Shown here one piece after another: positions 59,853-64,000 of a DNA stretch of 64,000 nt. Each line of letters starts with the position of its first letter. The stretch's first letter is position 1. Source of the DNA: Candidatus Latescibacterota bacterium (lineage in GTDB: Bacteria > Latescibacterota > UBA2968); contig OZ242010.1 in assembly GCA_965204745.1 (NCBI GenBank), positions 4,960,001 to 5,024,000 on the forward strand, read 5' to 3'. The notes under the pieces were generated by a model, which saw only the letters and a list, made by a program, of their open reading frames with translations, was not told the DNA's origin and searched no databases. A program made the translations under genes and the position numbers.

Positions 59853-62800
59853 ATGCGCGATACAGAAACAAAACTCCGCAAGCTGATGGCCGAGCGCGTC
59901 GTGTTGCTCGACGGGGCAATGGGCACGATGATTCAGGCGTATGACCTGGACGAGCAGACGTTTCGCGGCGAGGGGTTTGTCGATCATCCCGTGGATTTGA
60001 AGGGGTGCAACGAGTTGTTGTCCCTGACGCAACCGGATATGATCGCGGATATCCACCGGCGATTTTTGGACGCGGGGGCGGACATTATCGAAACCAATAC
60101 GTTCAATGCCACGGCGATTTCAATGGCGGAATACCAGCTTCAGGACAGGGTTCACGACCTCAATATGGCCGCCGCCAAAATCGCGCGCGACATTGCAGAC
60201 GAGGCCACAAAGCAAAATCCGCACGAGCCGCGGTTTGTCGCAGGTGCTCTGGGGCCAACGAGTTGCACGCTTTCCCTGTCGCCCGATGTGAATGACCCGG
60301 CATTTCGCACGCACGGGTTTGACGACGTGGTGCAGGCGTATTACGCGCAGGTTGCCGGGCTGATGGCAGGCGGTGTCGATCTGATTTTGGTCGAGACGAT
60401 TTTCGACACCCTCACCGGCAAGGCCGCGCTCTTTGCGGTGGATCGCTATTTTGAAGACCACGGAGTACGGGTGCCGGTGATGATTTCCGGGACGGTGACG
60501 GATCAAAGCGGGCGAACCTTGTCCGGGCAAACCATCGAGGCGTTTTGGCTGTCCGTGGCGCATGCGCGTCCCCTAAGCGTGGGGATCAACTGCGCGCTAG
60601 GGGCGCGGGAGATGCGCCCCTATGTGGAGGCGTTGTCGCATTTCGCGCCGGTATTCACGAGTTGTTATCCCAATGCGGGCCTGCCCAACGAGTTCGGGGA
60701 GTACGACGATTCCCCGAGCCACATGGCCGGGATCTTGGGCGATTTTGCCGCGCGGGGTTGGTTGAACATCGCGGGCGGCTGCTGTGGCACGACCCCGGAA
60801 TACATCGCCGAGATAGCCCAGGCGGTTGCCGATAAGGCGCCGCGCAAAATCCCGGAGCGGTCATCCGTGTCGCGCTTCAGCGGCTTGGAGCCGATGATCA
60901 TTTACCCGGATTCCAATTTTATGATGATCGGCGAGCGCACCAATGTGACCGGGTCAAGGCGATTTGCGCGGTTGATAAAAACCGGGGATTACGCGGAGGC
61001 CCTGTCCGTTGCGCGCGAGCAAGTCGCCGGCGGCGCGAATATGATCGACGTCAACCTGGACGAGGGCCTGCTCGATTCGCACGCTGCAATGACCACATTT
61101 TTGCGCTTGATCGCCGCCGAGCCAGACATCGCCCGCGTGCCCATCGTGATCGACAGTTCGGATTTTTCCGTGATCGAGGCCGGCCTAAAATGCGTGCAGG
61201 GCAAGGCCATCGTCAATTCGATCAGCTTGAAAGAGGGCGAGGCGGCCTTTGTGGCGCAGGCCAAGACCGTACTGCGCTATGGCGCGGCTGTGGTGGTGAT
61301 GGCGTTTGACGAAAAGGGGCAGGCCACGGCTGTCGAAGACAAGGTGCAAATTTGCCAGCGGGCGTATCGGATTTTGACCGAAGACGTGGGCATGGACGCG
61401 GCGGATATCATTTTTGATCCGAATATCCTGACCGTGGCGACGGGCATCGCCGCACACGACGATTACGCGGTCAATTTCATCGAAGCGGTGCGGCGAATCA
61501 AAGCCCTGTGCCCGGGCGCGAAAACGAGCGGGGGCGTGAGCAACATCTCATTTTCCTTTCGCGGCAATGACTACGTGCGCGAGGCGATTCACGCGGCTTT
61601 TTTGTACCACGCCATCCGCGCGGGCCTCGACATGGGCATTGTCAATGCCGGGCAACTGATGGTGTACGAGGAGATCCCCGAACGACTGCGCGCGCTCATT
61701 GAAGACGTGTTGTTCAACCGGCGACGAGACGCGACCGAACGCTTGGTGGAATACGCCGAGTCCGTGCGCGCCACCGGCAAAACCCGGGCGCGCGACGACG
61801 CGTGGCGACAAGGCACGGTTGAAGACCGCTTAAAACACGCCTTGTTGCACGGGCAAGCCGAGTATTTGGAAGATGATTTGGCCGAGGTGTTGCGCGATTA
61901 CGCGCCGCTCGGGGTGATCGAGGGGCCGTTGATGGACGGGATGAATGTGGTGGGCGATCTGTTCGGAGCCGGCAAGATGTTTTTGCCCCAAGTCGTCAAA
62001 ACCGCGCGCGTGATGAAACGCGCCGTGGCCTATCTCGAACCCCTGATGGACCGGGACGATGCGGGCAGCGGCACGCGCGGCAAGGTGCTGTTGGCGACCG
62101 TGAAGGGCGATGTCCACGATATCGGCAAAAATATCGTGGGCGTGGTCTTGGGGTGCAACAATTACGAGGTGATCGACTTGGGCGTGATGGTGCCTGCGGA
62201 TCGCATTTTGAAAACCGCGCGAGAACGAGGCGTGGACATCGTCGGGTTGAGCGGCCTGATCACGCCATCTCTCAACGAGATGGTCCACGTCGCACAAGAG
62301 ATGCAGCGCGAGGAGTTCGACCTGCCCCTGCTGATCGGCGGGGCGACCACGAGCCGCAAGCACACGGCCGTCAAAATCGCGCCGGTTTACGACCACGCGA
62401 CCGTGTACGTCAAAGACGCGTCGCGCGCCGCAGGAGTGGTGGGCGCGTTGTTGAACGCGGATCGACGCGACGCGTACATGCGGGAAAATCGCAAAGCGCA
62501 ACAGCGGGCCTTGGCCGAGTTCAACCGGCCCCGGCGCCCCCTCGTTTCCTATCCCGACGCGTGCGCCCAGCGCCAGGAATTTGATTGGACCCAGGTCGAT
62601 CTGCCCAAGCCCAAGTTCATCGGCGTGCGGGAGGTGCGCGATTTTCCGATAGCCGAATTGGTGGATTTTATCGACTGGGGGCCGTTTTTCCACGCCTGGG
62701 AGTTTCGAGGCGGTTATCCCAAGTTGTTGAACGATCCGCAACGAGGCGTTGCCGCGCGCAAATTGTTCGACGACGCGCAGGCGATGATCCGCGAGATCAT

Positions 62801-63509
62801 CGACCAATGTTGGCTCGAGGCGCAGGCCGTGTACGGATTTTTCCCGGCCAATGCCGATGGCGGGGATATCGCGGTGTTTGAAGACGAGCGCAGAGACGCC
62901 GAGCGCGCGCGGTTGCCCATGTTGCGCCAGCAACAAAAAAAGCGGTTGGACGGCCCCTATTTCTCCCTGGCCGATTTTGTGGCCCCGCGTGGGTACGCGG
63001 ATTACATCGGCGCGTTTGCCCTGACCGCTGGCCTAGGCGCGGACGAGAAGACCGCTGCGTTTAAGGACGCGCTGGACGATTACAATGCGATTTTGCTCCA
63101 ATCCGTGGCCGACCGCTTGGCCGAGGCATTCGCCGAATACTTGCACGCAAAAGCGCGCCGCGATTGGGGATACGGCTTGGGCGAAACCCTGAGCCATGCG
63201 GATGTGATTCGGGAAAAATACCGCGGCATTCGGCCCGCGCCCGGGTACCCAGCCTGCCCGGATCACACGGAAAAACGCACCTTGTTCGAGCTGCTCCGCG
63301 TGGAGCAAGAGACGGATATCCGCCTGACCGAGACATTCGCCATGTGGCCTGCCGCGTCGATTAGCGGTTGGTATTTCGCCCATCCCCAAGCCCGCTACTT
63401 TTCCGTGGGCAAAATAGACGCAGACCAAGTGGCCGACTACGCCCGGCGCAAGCGCGTGTCTATCGCCGAGATAGAACGCTGGCTCGCCCCGAATTTGGAC
63501 TATAAATGA
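59853..63509 (+). CDS. metH: Cobalamin-dependent methionine synthase
   Basis: [52 protein letters not shown]. Confidence 0.97.
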   Translation: MRDTETKLRKLMAERVVLLDGAMGTMIQAYDLDEQTFRGEGFVDHPVDLKGCNELLSLTQPDMIADIHRRFLDAGADIIETNTFNATAISMAEYQLQDRVHDLNMAAAKIARDIADEATKQNPHEPRFVAGALGPTSCTLSLSPDVNDPAFRTHGFDDVVQAYYAQVAGLMAGGVDLILVETIFDTLTGKAALFAVDRYFEDHGVRVPVMISGTVTDQSGRTLSGQTIEAFWLSVAHARPLSVGINCALGAREMRPYVEALSHFAPVFTSCYPNAGLPNEFGEYDDSPSHMAGILGDFAARGWLNIAGGCCGTTPEYIAEIAQAVADKAPRKIPERSSVSRFSGLEPMIIYPDSNFMMIGERTNVTGSRRFARLIKTGDYAEALSVAREQVAGGANMIDVNLDEGLLDSHAAMTTFLRLIAAEPDIARVPIVIDSSDFSVIEAGLKCVQGKAIVNSISLKEGEAAFVAQAKTVLRYGAAVVVMAFDEKGQATAVEDKVQICQRAYRILTEDVGMDAADIIFDPNILTVATGIAAHDDYAVNFIEAVRRIKALCPGAKTSGGVSNISFSFRGNDYVREAIHAAFLYHAIRAGLDMGIVNAGQLMVYEEIPERLRALIEDVLFNRRRDATERLVEYAESVRATGKTRARDDAWRQGTVEDRLKHALLHGQAEYLEDDLAEVLRDYAPLGVIEGPLMDGMNVVGDLFGAGKMFLPQVVKTARVMKRAVAYLEPLMDRDDAGSGTRGKVLLATVKGDVHDIGKNIVGVVLGCNNYEVIDLGVMVPADRILKTARERGVDIVGLSGLITPSLNEMVHVAQEMQREEFDLPLLIGGATTSRKHTAVKIAPVYDHATVYVKDASRAAGVVGALLNADRRDAYMRENRKAQQRALAEFNRPRRPLVSYPDACAQRQEFDWTQVDLPKPKFIGVREVRDFPIAELVDFIDWGPFFHAWEFRGGYPKLLNDPQRGVAARKLFDDAQAMIREIIDQCWLEAQAVYGFFPANADGGDIAVFEDERRDAERARLPMLRQQQKKRLDGPYFSLADFVAPRGYADYIGAFALTAGLGADEKTAAFKDALDDYNAILLQSVADRLAEAFAEYLHAKARRDWGYGLGETLSHADVIREKYRGIRPAPGYPACPDHTEKRTLFELLRVEQETDIRLTETFAMWPAASISGWYFAHPQARYFSVGKIDADQVADYARRKRVSIAEIERWLAPNLDYK

Positions 63510-63639
63510 GCGCGAGAGGGGAGAATGTCAACACGACCTAATTTCTCGATGAGAGGCAGGATTACGGACAACCAAAAATCAAATTGGTATAAGAAAAAAA
63601 AGAAGCCCCAACGATACAAAATCGTCGGGGCTTCTCACT

Positions 63640-63899
63640 TGGGGATGGGCGGACTGACCACTGACTCCTTGGGCGGTGGCGGGGTTGCCTCACCTCTTGT
63701 ATTTTCGGGCGAGCACGGGGCATCGCCTCTACACACTGATCGTCTTTTGTGTTTTTGTGCCTTTTGTGGCTAAACGTCCATCTCCCGTCTTGCCTCTCCC
63801 GTCTTGCGGCTCACCGAAGGGGGTTGGGCGGGGTTGCCTTACCTCTCCCCTCTTACGTCTCACCGAAGGGGTTGGGCGGGGTGGAAACTGCCCACTGCC
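63640..63899. repeat. Cluster of composite intergenic repeat modules
   Basis: GGGCGGACTGACCACTGA, GGCGAGCACGGGGCATCGCC, TTTTGTGCC, (TCTCCCG/TCTTGCC)n-CACCGAAGGGGGTTGGGCGGGG. Confidence 0.75.
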
Positions 63900-64000
63900 T
63901 CACCTTTCCAATTGCCGCAGTTCTTTCTTAAAATCGCTGAGGTCTTTGAATTGGCGGTACACAGAGGCAAAGCGCACATAAGCCACGTCGTCGAGGCGTT
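63900..64000 (-). CDS. nrdR: Transcriptional repressor NrdR, 3' end (partial)
   Basis: Minus-strand translation [32 protein letters not shown]. Confidence 0.88.
   Translation of the reverse strand, partial: RLDDVAYVRFASVYRQFKDLSDFKKELRQLER

Overview
A 64-kb, mostly GC-rich bacterial chromosomal window. Its gene content (PhyH dioxygenases, GWxTD/TPR, DUF5686, Calx-beta/cadherin-like/FN3/LRR surface proteins, a eukaryote-type sterol reductase) suggests a host-associated, possibly sponge-symbiont, FCB-related lineage; this is inference only. Housekeeping genes: prpD, xseAB, nadK remnant, lolC/E, dnaE, zapA, nadD, bamD, metH and the 3' end of nrdR. Mobile DNA: four IS elements (IS5/IS427, IS5/IS903, IS110, IS982), a MITE and several solo IS ends. 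Intergenic DNA is built from a small set of modular repeats. A lower-GC defence cluster (hicAB, an Ec67-type RT-TOPRIM retron with visible msr/msd, a HEPN-motif DUF3644-like gene) lies between two copies of a 50-bp promoter and is followed by a frameshifted fused R-M gene. Highlights: (1) an IS110 whose bridge-RNA guide segments can be read directly and match its target and donor junctions; (2) the retron; (3) a sterol delta-7-reductase-like gene flanked by a 61-bp duplication; (4) surface proteins whose repeats diversify almost only at amino-acid-changing positions; (5) several deletion junctions that truncate or fuse genes.
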